From: Sinorhizobium meliloti
GTDB taxonomy: Bacteria > Pseudomonadota > Alphaproteobacteria > Rhizobiales > Rhizobiaceae
Assembly (NCBI RefSeq): GCF_017876815.1
Contig: NZ_JAGIOS010000002.1
Span: 30,001 to 62,000 of the forward strand
Length of the DNA: 32,000 nucleotides
Reading direction: 5' to 3'
Each line of letters opens with the position of its first letter. The stretch's first letter is position 1. Position numbers and translations under genes: made by a program. Of the stretch, positions 1-7,165 are shown in pieces. The notes beneath the pieces are model-generated. The model searched no databases. It had not been told where the DNA came from and saw nothing but the letters and a program-made list of their open reading frames with translations.

Positions 1-1034
1 GCGGGTCAGTTGCCGGACGCGGCGCTTGAACGCCTTGAGCGGCTTGTCGGCCACCCGCCGCTTGACCGCGCCATCCCGGCCCCGCCAGAAGCTGAAGCCG
101 AGGAACTTGCGGCCAAACACACTGGTAACCGCGCTCTTGCCCTCGTTGATCGTCAGGTGCAGCCGTCCGTAAAGCCGCCGCAGAAGCGCCATGACCCGTT
201 CGCCCGCCTTGCGACTGCCAACGTAAACGTTGCAGTCGTCCGCATAGCGCACGAAGCAATGGCCCCGGCGTTCCAGTTCCTTATCCACCTCATCGAGCAG
301 CACATTGGCCAGAAGCGGCGACAGCGGCCCGCCTTGCGGCGTGCCCATCACCCGCTCCTGGACCACGCCATGGTCCATGATGCCGCTGTTCAGATAGGCC
401 CGGATCCGGCGGATAACCCGCTTGTCCGATATCCGTTTGCTGAGGCGGTCGATCAGGATGTCGTGGTTGACCCGGTCGAAGAACTTCTCAGGTCGACGTC
501 CACGACAATCCGCCGGCCCGACTGCACAAGGGATTGCGCCGCAAGCACGGCCCCATGCGCACTACGGCCCGGACGGAAGCCGTGGCTGTGCTCGCTGAAA
601 GCGGGATCAAGGAGCGGCTGCAGCACTTGCAGCAGCGCCTGCTGGATCAAGCGATCCGTCACCGTCGGGATGCCGAGCTCGCGCTCGCCGCCATCCGGTT
701 TCGGGATCGTCACCCGTCGCACCGGCATCGGCCGGTACGTTCCCGCCAGAACCCGTTCGCGGATGTCAGGCCACGACGTGCGCAGATGAGCCGCGGTCGC
801 CTCGATGGACAGACCGTCCGCACCAGCCGCGCCCTTGTTGGCCTTCACCCGTTTCCAGGCTCTTTGCAGGTTCTCGCGCGCCAGGGCCGCTTCCAGCAGC
901 CCCGGCCCTGTGCTCTGCGCGTCACAGCGCGGGCAGGTCGCTTCATCGCTGCCCGGTTCAGACAGGGCTTCACCCTGTCTCCCCCCGGACCGCCCCGCTC
1001 TCGCGGGCATCTGATGCCTGGCTTCCTGCATCAC
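1..1034 (-). pseudogene. Group II intron-encoded reverse transcriptase/maturase (IEP), broken by a 1-nt frameshift near 489-490; the C-terminal part runs off the left edge
   Basis: ORF 453..1034 (-) carries RT motifs: LLEAALARENLQRAWKRVKANKGAAGADG, TIPKPDGGERELGIPTVTDRLIQQA, HGFRPGRSAH, VVDVDL. My hand translation of the neighbouring minus frame from 486 down to 1 is stop-free. It continues KFFDRVNHDILIDRL...GTPQGGPLSPLLANVLLDEVD...FVRYADDCNVYV...RRVADKPLKAFKRRVRQLTR, with YADD at 235..246. The junction reads CTGAGAAG where CTGGAGAAG would give DLEKFFD. Confidence 0.85.
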
Positions 1035-1121
1035 TATGCCTCAAGCCCTCCTCTTCGTTCGGTCCTTCGCCGCGGATACGGCTACTACAACCTCTGCTGA
1101 CTTCTCGCTCCGCCGGCGCAC
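1..1121 (-). mobile_element. Group II intron remnant (RmInt1-like family guess), lacking ribozyme domains I-III upstream of the IEP
   Basis: The IEP start (GTG 1034 / ATG 1031) lies only about 90 nt from the terminator of the intact MFS gene. Bacterial group II introns normally carry several hundred nt of domains I-III before the ORF. A GTGCG pentamer (minus strand, 1121->1117) sits just after the terminator T-tract. The 3' end of the intron is outside the window. Confidence 0.55.
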
Positions 1122-1126
1122 CACAG

Positions 1127-1151
1127 AAAAACCCCGAACTTCCGTCCGGGG
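1127..1151 (-). terminator. Rho-independent terminator of the MFS gene
   Basis: The minus strand reads CCCCGGAC-GGAA-GTTCGGGG followed by TTTTT: an 8-bp stem with one G-U pair and a GGAA tetraloop. It lies 56 nt downstream of the MFS stop at 1207. Confidence 0.75.
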
Positions 1152-1206
1152 CTTATGGAGAGAACTGAGGTCTGGCCTGCGTCGGCGACTATGCGGAAGC
1201 GGGAAG

Positions 1207-2391
1207 CTATTCCGCCGCCGCAGTCGCCAGGCGCCGCCGATGGGATCGCAGTCCTGCATAAAGGACGGCGAGTGAAGCCACCGGAAACAGTGCCGCGAAG
1301 AAGCCGAGATCCGCGGCAGCCGTATTCTCGAGCACCCGTCCGCCGATCGCCGTGCCGGTCGCGATGCCGAGATAGATCGCCGAGGCGTTGAGCGACAGGG
1401 TCAAATGGGCAACCTCCGGCGCGAAGCCGACTATGCGGCTCGCCTGGGCCGGCGGAAACGCCCAACCGACGATTCCCCATGGCACCATTATGCCGATCAG
1501 CAGCAAGCCGGCGAGATCGCGCGTGAGGAAGTGCAGGCCGAAGGCGATCATCAGCGAGACCGCGAGCGCGGAGATCAGCGAAGCTGTCACCACGCGCGTG
1601 GCGCCGAGCCGGTCGGCCAGATAGCCGCTGGAGAGATTGCCGATCACCGCGCCGACCCCGAAGGCGAGCAACAGCCCCGGCAGCGCCAGTTGCGAAAGCC
1701 CGGCTCCGTCGATCGCCAGCGGGGCGAGATAAGAGATGATCATGAAGCCGCCGGTGAGATACAGAAACGTCACCATGAGCGACGAGGCCACGCCCGGACG
1801 GCCGATGGCGCCGAAGCGCTCGGACATTGTCAGCTTCGTTCCACTGAGGCCCCGCGGCAGGCGCAGCCAGAGCACGGCAGCGCAGGTGAGCCCAAGCAGA
1901 GCGACCGCCCCGAACGTGCCGCGCCATCCCCAGAAGGCGGCAATCAGCGCGCCGAGAGGCGCGCCCAGCGCCACGGCGAATGTGGTGCCGCCCACCACGA
2001 TTGAAATCGCCAATGCGCGGTGCTCCGGTCCTGCCAGTGAAACCGCCGCCGCTTGCGCCGTGGCGGCAAACAGTCCGCTTGCCATTCCCATCACGATCTG
2101 GGCGAGCAGCAGCGTGGTGAAGGAGACGCTCATCGCCGCGATGCAGTTGCCGACGACGAATACGAGCATTGCAGTCACCAGCAGTCGACGCCGGTCCGCC
2201 GCGCCGGCCAGGGCCGAAAGCAGCGGCGCGCCGATGGCATAGGAAAGCGAGAACAGCGTGATCAGGTGCCCCGAATGGGGAATGGTCGTGTGCGTGTCGG
2301 CAGCGATCGACGGCAAAAGGCTTGAAAAGACGAAGCCGACCGTGCTCATCGTAAAAGAGCCAACGGCGAGCCAGATGATGCGCTTGTCCAT
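1207..2391 (-). CDS. MFS transporter (12-TM type)
   Basis: ORF 1207..2412 is a highly hydrophobic ~400-aa protein with repeated TM segments and typical MFS loops (GxLADRLG-like: GYLADRLGATRV). TTG at 2412 or ATG at 2391 (MDKRIIWLAVGSF) could be the start; I prefer the ATG. Confidence 0.85.
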   Translation of the reverse strand: MDKRIIWLAVGSFTMSTVGFVFSSLLPSIAADTHTTIPHSGHLITLFSLSYAIGAPLLSALAGAADRRRLLVTAMLVFVVGNCIAAMSVSFTTLLLAQIVMGMASGLFAATAQAAAVSLAGPEHRALAISIVVGGTTFAVALGAPLGALIAAFWGWRGTFGAVALLGLTCAAVLWLRLPRGLSGTKLTMSERFGAIGRPGVASSLMVTFLYLTGGFMIISYLAPLAIDGAGLSQLALPGLLLAFGVGAVIGNLSSGYLADRLGATRVVTASLISALAVSLMIAFGLHFLTRDLAGLLLIGIMVPWGIVGWAFPPAQASRIVGFAPEVAHLTLSLNASAIYLGIATGTAIGGRVLENTAAADLGFFAALFPVASLAVLYAGLRSHRRRLATAAAE

Positions 2392-2406
2392 CGGGAGACC
2401 CCGCTT

Positions 2407-2432
2407 GTTCAAAAGATATTGAACTATTGAAC
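2407..2432. promoter_or_regulatory. Candidate operator in the MFS/ArsR divergent promoter
   Basis: GTTCAA-aagata-TTGAAC inverted repeat (2407-2424) followed by a third TTGAAC half-site (2427-2432). It lies between the divergent starts. Confidence 0.3.
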
Positions 2433-2453
2433 TTGGTTGCTCGCCGTGTCAAT

Positions 2454-2852
2454 ATGCCGAGACTGCTAATCGTGGATCCAATGACCCTACCGCATCCCAC
2501 CGCCGATCAGATCACCCTGTCCAATGTCCTAGTGGCCCTCGGCGATCCGACGCGCCTGGCGATCGTGGGCTATCTCGCCCGCCGCGCCGGACGGCCGACC
2601 ATGTGCCTGAACTTCACGGATTTCGGCTCCAAGACCAATATCAGCTATCATCTGGCCAAGCTGCGCGAGGCGGGCATCACGCGTACCGAGGTCTCCGGTA
2701 CCAGCCGGTTGATCACGCTGCGGCGCGACGATCTCGACATCCGCTTTCCCGGCCTCCTCGATTCCATTATCACCGCCGCGGTGGACCTGCCCATGGTCAA
2801 GAAGATCGAGGATGCAGAGGAGGAGGCCCTGGCACAAGGCGAGGCGCGATAA
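2454..2852 (+). CDS. ArsR/SmtB-family winged-helix transcriptional regulator
   Basis: LGDPTRLAIVGYL ... ISYHLAKLREAGI is the ArsR HTH signature. It is divergent from the MFS gene. The start is ambiguous (TTG 2427, ATG 2454, ATG 2481). Confidence 0.8.
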   Translation: MPRLLIVDPMTLPHPTADQITLSNVLVALGDPTRLAIVGYLARRAGRPTMCLNFTDFGSKTNISYHLAKLREAGITRTEVSGTSRLITLRRDDLDIRFPGLLDSIITAAVDLPMVKKIEDAEEEALAQGEAR

Positions 2853-2871
2853 AGAACCGCCCGCCTCTTCT

Positions 2872-3459
2872 TCAGGCAGGGTGATGGCGCTTAGCTGAGT
2901 GCCGCTCGACCAGCGCGACGAATTGCCGGCCCGCCACATCCAGCCTGCCGCTGTTGTCGATGACCGTTACGTCGGCATCGGCGATGACGTCGGGTGCCTG
3001 CCGCGTCAGGCGGCGGAGCACGTCTTCCTCGCTCTCCCGGCCGCGCTCCGCCAGCCGTTTCGCCAGCACCGGCGGCTCGGCGGTGATCACCGCAACGGCG
3101 ATCGTACCGAACGCCTGACGAATGGCGGGGAGGGCGGCGCGGCTGCCGTTTACGATCGCGGTCATGCCTTTGGCGATCTTTTCGGCGATCTCTGCCGGGA
3201 TGGCGTAGCTCAACCCATGCGCCTGCCACGAAACGGCGAAAGCGCCGCTCCGGCTCATCTCCTCGAATTCGGCGTCGGACACGCTTTCGTGCACTTCGCC
3301 GCCTGCATCCGACGGTCTTGTGATCGCCCGCCGGACGAAGAGAATATCGGGCCGCTGCGCGAAATGGCGGGCGGCAAAGCCCATGACGCTGTCTTTCCCG
3401 GCACCGCTCGGACCGACGACGACGATGAGCGTTCCGGATACTCGATCGGCGGTGGTCAT
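2872..3459 (-). CDS. phnN: Ribose 1,5-bisphosphate phosphokinase PhnN (PRPP-forming)
   Basis: P-loop GPSGAGKDS, ~195 aa, guanylate-kinase-like, positioned after phnM. Its ATG overlaps the phnM TGA (ATGA at 3456-3459). Confidence 0.85.
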   Translation of the reverse strand: MTTADRVSGTLIVVVGPSGAGKDSVMGFAARHFAQRPDILFVRRAITRPSDAGGEVHESVSDAEFEEMSRSGAFAVSWQAHGLSYAIPAEIAEKIAKGMTAIVNGSRAALPAIRQAFGTIAVAVITAEPPVLAKRLAERGRESEEDVLRRLTRQAPDVIADADVTVIDNSGRLDVAGRQFVALVERHSAKRHHPA

Positions 3460-4595
3460 GCGACACGCCGTCCTTCGCGCCAGACCGAGCGGACGACCGG
3501 TATGCCCTCCGGCCGGCGAACGCGCGCGATGTCGGCGCGCAGCCCCACGGCGATCCGGCCGCGATCTTCGAGCCCGACTGTGCGGGCGGGCGTCGCCGTC
3601 ACCATCGCAATGGCCTCGGGAAGGCCGATCGATTCGACCTCGTCTGCCAGAATGAAAGGCGCATGGATCAGGCTGAAGGGAACGTAATCGGAAGAAAGCA
3701 CGTCGAGGACGCCGCGCTTCGCGAGATCGCGCGCGGCGATATTGCCGGAATGTGACTTACCGCGCACGATATTGGGCGCGCCCATCAATACGCTGAGGCC
3801 CGCGCGGTGCGAGGCTTCCGCCGCCTCGAAGCTTGTCGGGAACTCCGCAAGGCGAATGCCGTAGCCGATCGATTCTTCGACATGCTCGACCGTCGCATCG
3901 TCGTGGCTGGCGACCGTGATGCCGCGCTCGGCGCACGCTTTTGCGAGCGCGTTTCGATGCGGTGTCGCATAGCGAGCCGAGAGCGCCTGCTGACGCTCGA
4001 TGAATGCGGCGAAGGCATCGTCGGTAAGGCCGCGCTTGGTTTTGTAGTAGAGCGTGTACTGGTCCATCGTCTGGAACTGGCGCTGCCCGGGCGCGTGGTC
4101 CATCAGCGAAACCAGACGGACCTGCGGGTCGTTCCGGAAGTCCTCATAGTGCTCCAGCACGTCGGCGGTCGACACTTCGCAGCGCAGATGGATCAGGTGA
4201 TCGGCCCGCAAACGGCCCTCTTGCTTGGCCTGGGCGAGCGCATCGGCCATGCTGCGCATCTCGCCCTTCGGAAAGCCGCTGTCCTCGTCCGAGCCCAGGC
4301 GCAGACAATCGAAGACGGTGGTGATGCCGGAGGTGACGACTTGGGCGTCATGGGCCTGGATGGCCGCGATCTTCAGCCAGCGAACCCCGGGGCGCGGAGA
4401 ATAATGCGCCTCGAGATGGTCGGTGTGCAGTTCGACCAGCCCGGGCAGCAGGTAGTCACCCTCGAAATCCTCGCCCGCGGCGCTCGCCCCTTCGGAAATG
4501 TCGGCGATCCTGCCGTCGCGGATCAGCACCGAACCGTCGAGGATCCGGTCCTCCAGAACGATGCGGGCGTTGGTCAAAACCTGTTCTTTGGGCAT
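3456..4595 (-). CDS. phnM: Alpha-D-ribose 1-methylphosphonate 5-triphosphate diphosphatase PhnM (amidohydrolase superfamily)
   Basis: MPKEQVLTNARIVLEDRILDGSVLIRDGRIADI ... VELHTDHLE metal-binding motif, ~379 aa when started at ATG 4595. The ORF-track N-terminal extension to 4703 overlaps the upstream gene and is unlikely. Confidence 0.88.
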   Translation of the reverse strand: MPKEQVLTNARIVLEDRILDGSVLIRDGRIADISEGASAAGEDFEGDYLLPGLVELHTDHLEAHYSPRPGVRWLKIAAIQAHDAQVVTSGITTVFDCLRLGSDEDSGFPKGEMRSMADALAQAKQEGRLRADHLIHLRCEVSTADVLEHYEDFRNDPQVRLVSLMDHAPGQRQFQTMDQYTLYYKTKRGLTDDAFAAFIERQQALSARYATPHRNALAKACAERGITVASHDDATVEHVEESIGYGIRLAEFPTSFEAAEASHRAGLSVLMGAPNIVRGKSHSGNIAARDLAKRGVLDVLSSDYVPFSLIHAPFILADEVESIGLPEAIAMVTATPARTVGLEDRGRIAVGLRADIARVRRPEGIPVVRSVWREGRRVA

Positions 4596-4596
4596 G

Positions 4597-5304
4597 TCAT
4601 GCGATCTTTCGTTCGGATGCGCCGCCAAGCGGCAGCAGGGAATGGACGGTGAAAGGAGCGCCGCGGCGCTCTTCGGCGAAAAGCGCAATCGTCGAGACGG
4701 CAAGCGGCTTGCCGATGAATTCGGCGAAGACCGTTTCGAGCGCCATTCTCATGGGCCGCTGCATTTCTTCCGGCACCGGCCCCGTAAGTGTCAGATGGAA
4801 CTGGAACTCCTCGAAGACGTATGGGTAGCCCCATGCGGCCAGGTACTCGCGCTGACGCTGCGTAAGCCTCTCCGGATTGCGGCGGGCGAGATCGGCTTCC
4901 GAAAGCGGCGCCCGGAATGGCTCGAAACGGCGAACCGCCTGCTCCGCAAGGCGCTGCAGGGGCGGCCAAGGCTCGGCGGAGACGAGCGCGAAGAAGGGGC
5001 CGATCTGATGCAGGACGATCTCCGGCACTTCGAACGGCTCGATCTCCGCGGCGAACTCGTCGAAAGCCGCGATCAAGTCGGCTTCACGGCGGCTGGAGCT
5101 AAGCCCGAAGGGTGCCTTCAGCGTCCCGTGGAAACCGTAACGGCGGGGCTCGGTCGTCAATGCCATCTGCTCTTCACATCCTATTGCCGGATTTTCCGGG
5201 CAGTCCAGGGCGCCGCCGGTGAACGCGTCGCGTCCCAGCCAACGCGAGGCGGTCTGCGACAGCCGGTCATCGGACGGCGGCGCGAAGTAGATTGCATAGC
5301 GCAC
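4597..5304 (-). CDS. DUF1045 / putative phosphonate-metabolism protein, 2H phosphoesterase fold
   Basis: Two H-x-T-x motifs (FHGTLK and FHLTLT) typical of 2H phosphoesterases. GTG start at 5304. The stop TGA is 1 nt before the phnM ATG, consistent with an operon DUF1045-phnM-phnN. Confidence 0.8.
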   Translation of the reverse strand: MRYAIYFAPPSDDRLSQTASRWLGRDAFTGGALDCPENPAIGCEEQMALTTEPRRYGFHGTLKAPFGLSSSRREADLIAAFDEFAAEIEPFEVPEIVLHQIGPFFALVSAEPWPPLQRLAEQAVRRFEPFRAPLSEADLARRNPERLTQRQREYLAAWGYPYVFEEFQFHLTLTGPVPEEMQRPMRMALETVFAEFIGKPLAVSTIALFAEERRGAPFTVHSLLPLGGASERKIA

Positions 5305-5392
5305 GGGTTCACACTCTCTTCATCAGTCGCCTCGACGCAGTTTGCCCCGAGTCGATGGTTCGCGGGATGAAATGCGCAGCTAGCCGATTTGC

Positions 5393-5412
5393 ATGACAAC
5401 ATCATGATGACA
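5393..5412 (-). promoter_or_regulatory. Possible PhoB-type half sites upstream of DUF1045-phnM-phnN
   Basis: The minus strand reads ATGTCATCATGATGTTGTCAT, with two TGTCAT hexamers. Their spacing is 14 nt rather than the canonical 11. The site is ~90 nt upstream of the GTG start. Confidence 0.3.
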
Positions 5413-5436
5413 TCGGCTCAGAACGCAAATCGGTTC

Positions 5437-5642
5437 GGAGCGGGATGGATTGTTTGCAGCTTCGCCTGCTCCCGCTCCAGTTATCTCGAATCAGTTCGTC
5501 ATTATCCGAATCGGCCGATCCGTTTCTAGATCACAATGATTCTAGGTCGGGTCGACCCAAAAACATCAACGTGATCGATTCCAAGAAGTTGAGACGCGGG
5601 ATGCGGGCGGAAAACCGCACACTTTTCCTCATCCCGCTCTAG
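5437..5642. repeat. MITE/REP-like intergenic element with terminal inverted repeats GAGCGGGATG
   Basis: Left end GGAGCGGGATGG (5437-) and right end CTCATCCCGCTCT (-5641) are inverted copies. Internal hairpins are GGAGCGGGA/TCCCGCTCC (5437-5478) and GCGGGATG/CATCCCGC (5596-5637). The right end abuts the stop codon of the second permease gene. Confidence 0.55.
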
Positions 5643-7156
5643 TGTGTACGGCCAATGAGGCGCGATCGGCAGAGATTGGAGATGCTGTCGAAAACGAACA
5701 CGACCATCAAGATCAGCAGCACCATATAGGCGACATTTTCCCAATCCGAATTTGTGCGCATCGCCTCCCACAGCTTTAGGCCGATCCCGCCGGCGCCGAC
5801 GGCGCCGATAATGGTGGCCGAACGCGTGTTCGACTCCCAGAAATAGAGGGCCTGGCTGGCAAAGACCGGCAGGACCTGCGGCAGCACGCCGAAGCGCTGC
5901 ACGGCGACCGGCGCGGCGCCGACCGATTTGACGCCCTCACGCTGCTTGTCGTCGATATTCTCGAGCGCTTCGGAGTAGAGCTTGCCCAGCGTGCCCGTGT
6001 CGGTGAAGAAGATCGCCGAGATGCCCGCGAGCGGCCCGGGCCCGAAGGCGCGCGTGAAAAACAGCGCCCAGATGAACATGTCGACCGACCGCAGGAAATC
6101 GAAGAAACGCTTCACGAACTGATTGGTGAGGCGGCTCGGCGTGATGTTGCGCGCCGCGAGGAAGCAAAGCGGGAAGGCGATGAAGGAGGCGAAGAGCGTT
6201 CCGACGAAAGCCATGACGATCGTCTGCAGGAGCTTGGTCCACACGTCCAGATGCTGCCATTCCGCATTGTAGAGGATGTTGTTCCAGGCAAGGGAGAGAT
6301 TTGAGCGCGCCGGATCGAGCCGTTGTCCGGAGACGATCAAGGAGGCGACTTCGCTGTATGGCTTCCCGAAGAAGGGCGAGTTGGTGTCGAAGAGGAAATT
6401 CACCCAGCCGAAGAAGCGATTGCGGATGGAGACCTCGTCGCCCTCCACTTCGGCCCAGCCGGTGGTGCCGAAGGACAGCGTCACCTTCTCGCCCGGCCGC
6501 TTCTGGATCGCCCAGGAGGGAAGGGGTCCTTCCGGCGTCACGTTGTCCGCGCCGTCGACCTGAAGCACGAGCGTCTCGCCCGAGTGTGTGACTGTCACCA
6601 GCTTTTCGGCGACGTCGATACGCGTGGAGCTATCGAACTTCACCACGGCGTGCGTGACGGCTTCTTCGGTGCGGGTCGTGGCGGCATCTTCCTGCGGCGT
6701 CGAATTCGTGTCGGCGCCGCGCGCCGCGTTGGGCGCCATGAAGCTGAAAGAGGAGGCGGTCTTTGGCTTCTGGACTTGCGCCGCGGCCGCCGGAGCGGCG
6801 ACGGTTCGCGTCACCGTCTCCTTTTCGAGCGTGACCCATTCCGGGCTTGGATCGTCTCCAAGCGGCGAATTGCGCCCGAAGGACACGCTCATCGTTCCAT
6901 CGGGTGCGACGGCGATCTCGGGCCGCACTTCGTAAGATACCCAGTCTGCGAGATAGGTGCCGGCAATCCCCCAATTGGCATTGGCGAGCACGTAGCCGAT
7001 CGAGAAGAACCACCAGCTGAAGATCATGTAAAGAACGACGCCAGCCGTTATCAGTGCCGTACTGCGCCGCTTGGCGGCCGACGACTGCAGGAGATGCGGG
7101 TGGCGCGCTGCGATAGCTTCCATTTCGCGCGCATCGAGGTTTGTCGAGGCAATCAT
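5639..7156 (-). CDS. phnE: Phosphonate ABC transporter permease PhnE (PhoT-like), with a ~245-aa extracytoplasmic insertion
   Basis: The C-terminal ~200 aa are a PhnE/BPD permease core (FIAFPLCFLAARNITP, EALENIDDKQREGVKSVGA, SNTRSATIIGAVGAGGIG). It sits last in the phnCDEE operon. Confidence 0.88.
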   Translation of the reverse strand: MIASTNLDAREMEAIAARHPHLLQSSAAKRRSTALITAGVVLYMIFSWWFFSIGYVLANANWGIAGTYLADWVSYEVRPEIAVAPDGTMSVSFGRNSPLGDDPSPEWVTLEKETVTRTVAAPAAAAQVQKPKTASSFSFMAPNAARGADTNSTPQEDAATTRTEEAVTHAVVKFDSSTRIDVAEKLVTVTHSGETLVLQVDGADNVTPEGPLPSWAIQKRPGEKVTLSFGTTGWAEVEGDEVSIRNRFFGWVNFLFDTNSPFFGKPYSEVASLIVSGQRLDPARSNLSLAWNNILYNAEWQHLDVWTKLLQTIVMAFVGTLFASFIAFPLCFLAARNITPSRLTNQFVKRFFDFLRSVDMFIWALFFTRAFGPGPLAGISAIFFTDTGTLGKLYSEALENIDDKQREGVKSVGAAPVAVQRFGVLPQVLPVFASQALYFWESNTRSATIIGAVGAGGIGLKLWEAMRTNSDWENVAYMVLLILMVVFVFDSISNLCRSRLIGRTH

Positions 7157-7165
7157 GATGCGGTC

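Noticed and set aside
10-789. 259-aa plus-strand ORF over the left end
   Set aside because: It lies antisense to the clearly recognisable group II intron RT reading frames. The sequence is Arg/Ala/Pro-rich with no motifs. This is a typical shadow ORF in high-GC DNA.
1085-2500. 471-aa minus-strand ORF overlapping the MFS gene in another frame
   Set aside because: It is an alternative frame of the MFS gene, Arg/Gly/Ala-rich and non-hydrophobic. The MFS frame gives a coherent 12-TM protein.
3456-4703. N-terminal extensions proposed by the track for phnM (also phnE 8518, phnD 9279, gabT 22906, htpG 18502, ackA 18493, fba 30460, GT2 24343)
   Set aside because: The extensions are Arg/Pro-rich, overlap upstream genes or promoters and lack an RBS. 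Internal ATG starts give family-typical N-termini with Shine-Dalgarno sequences.
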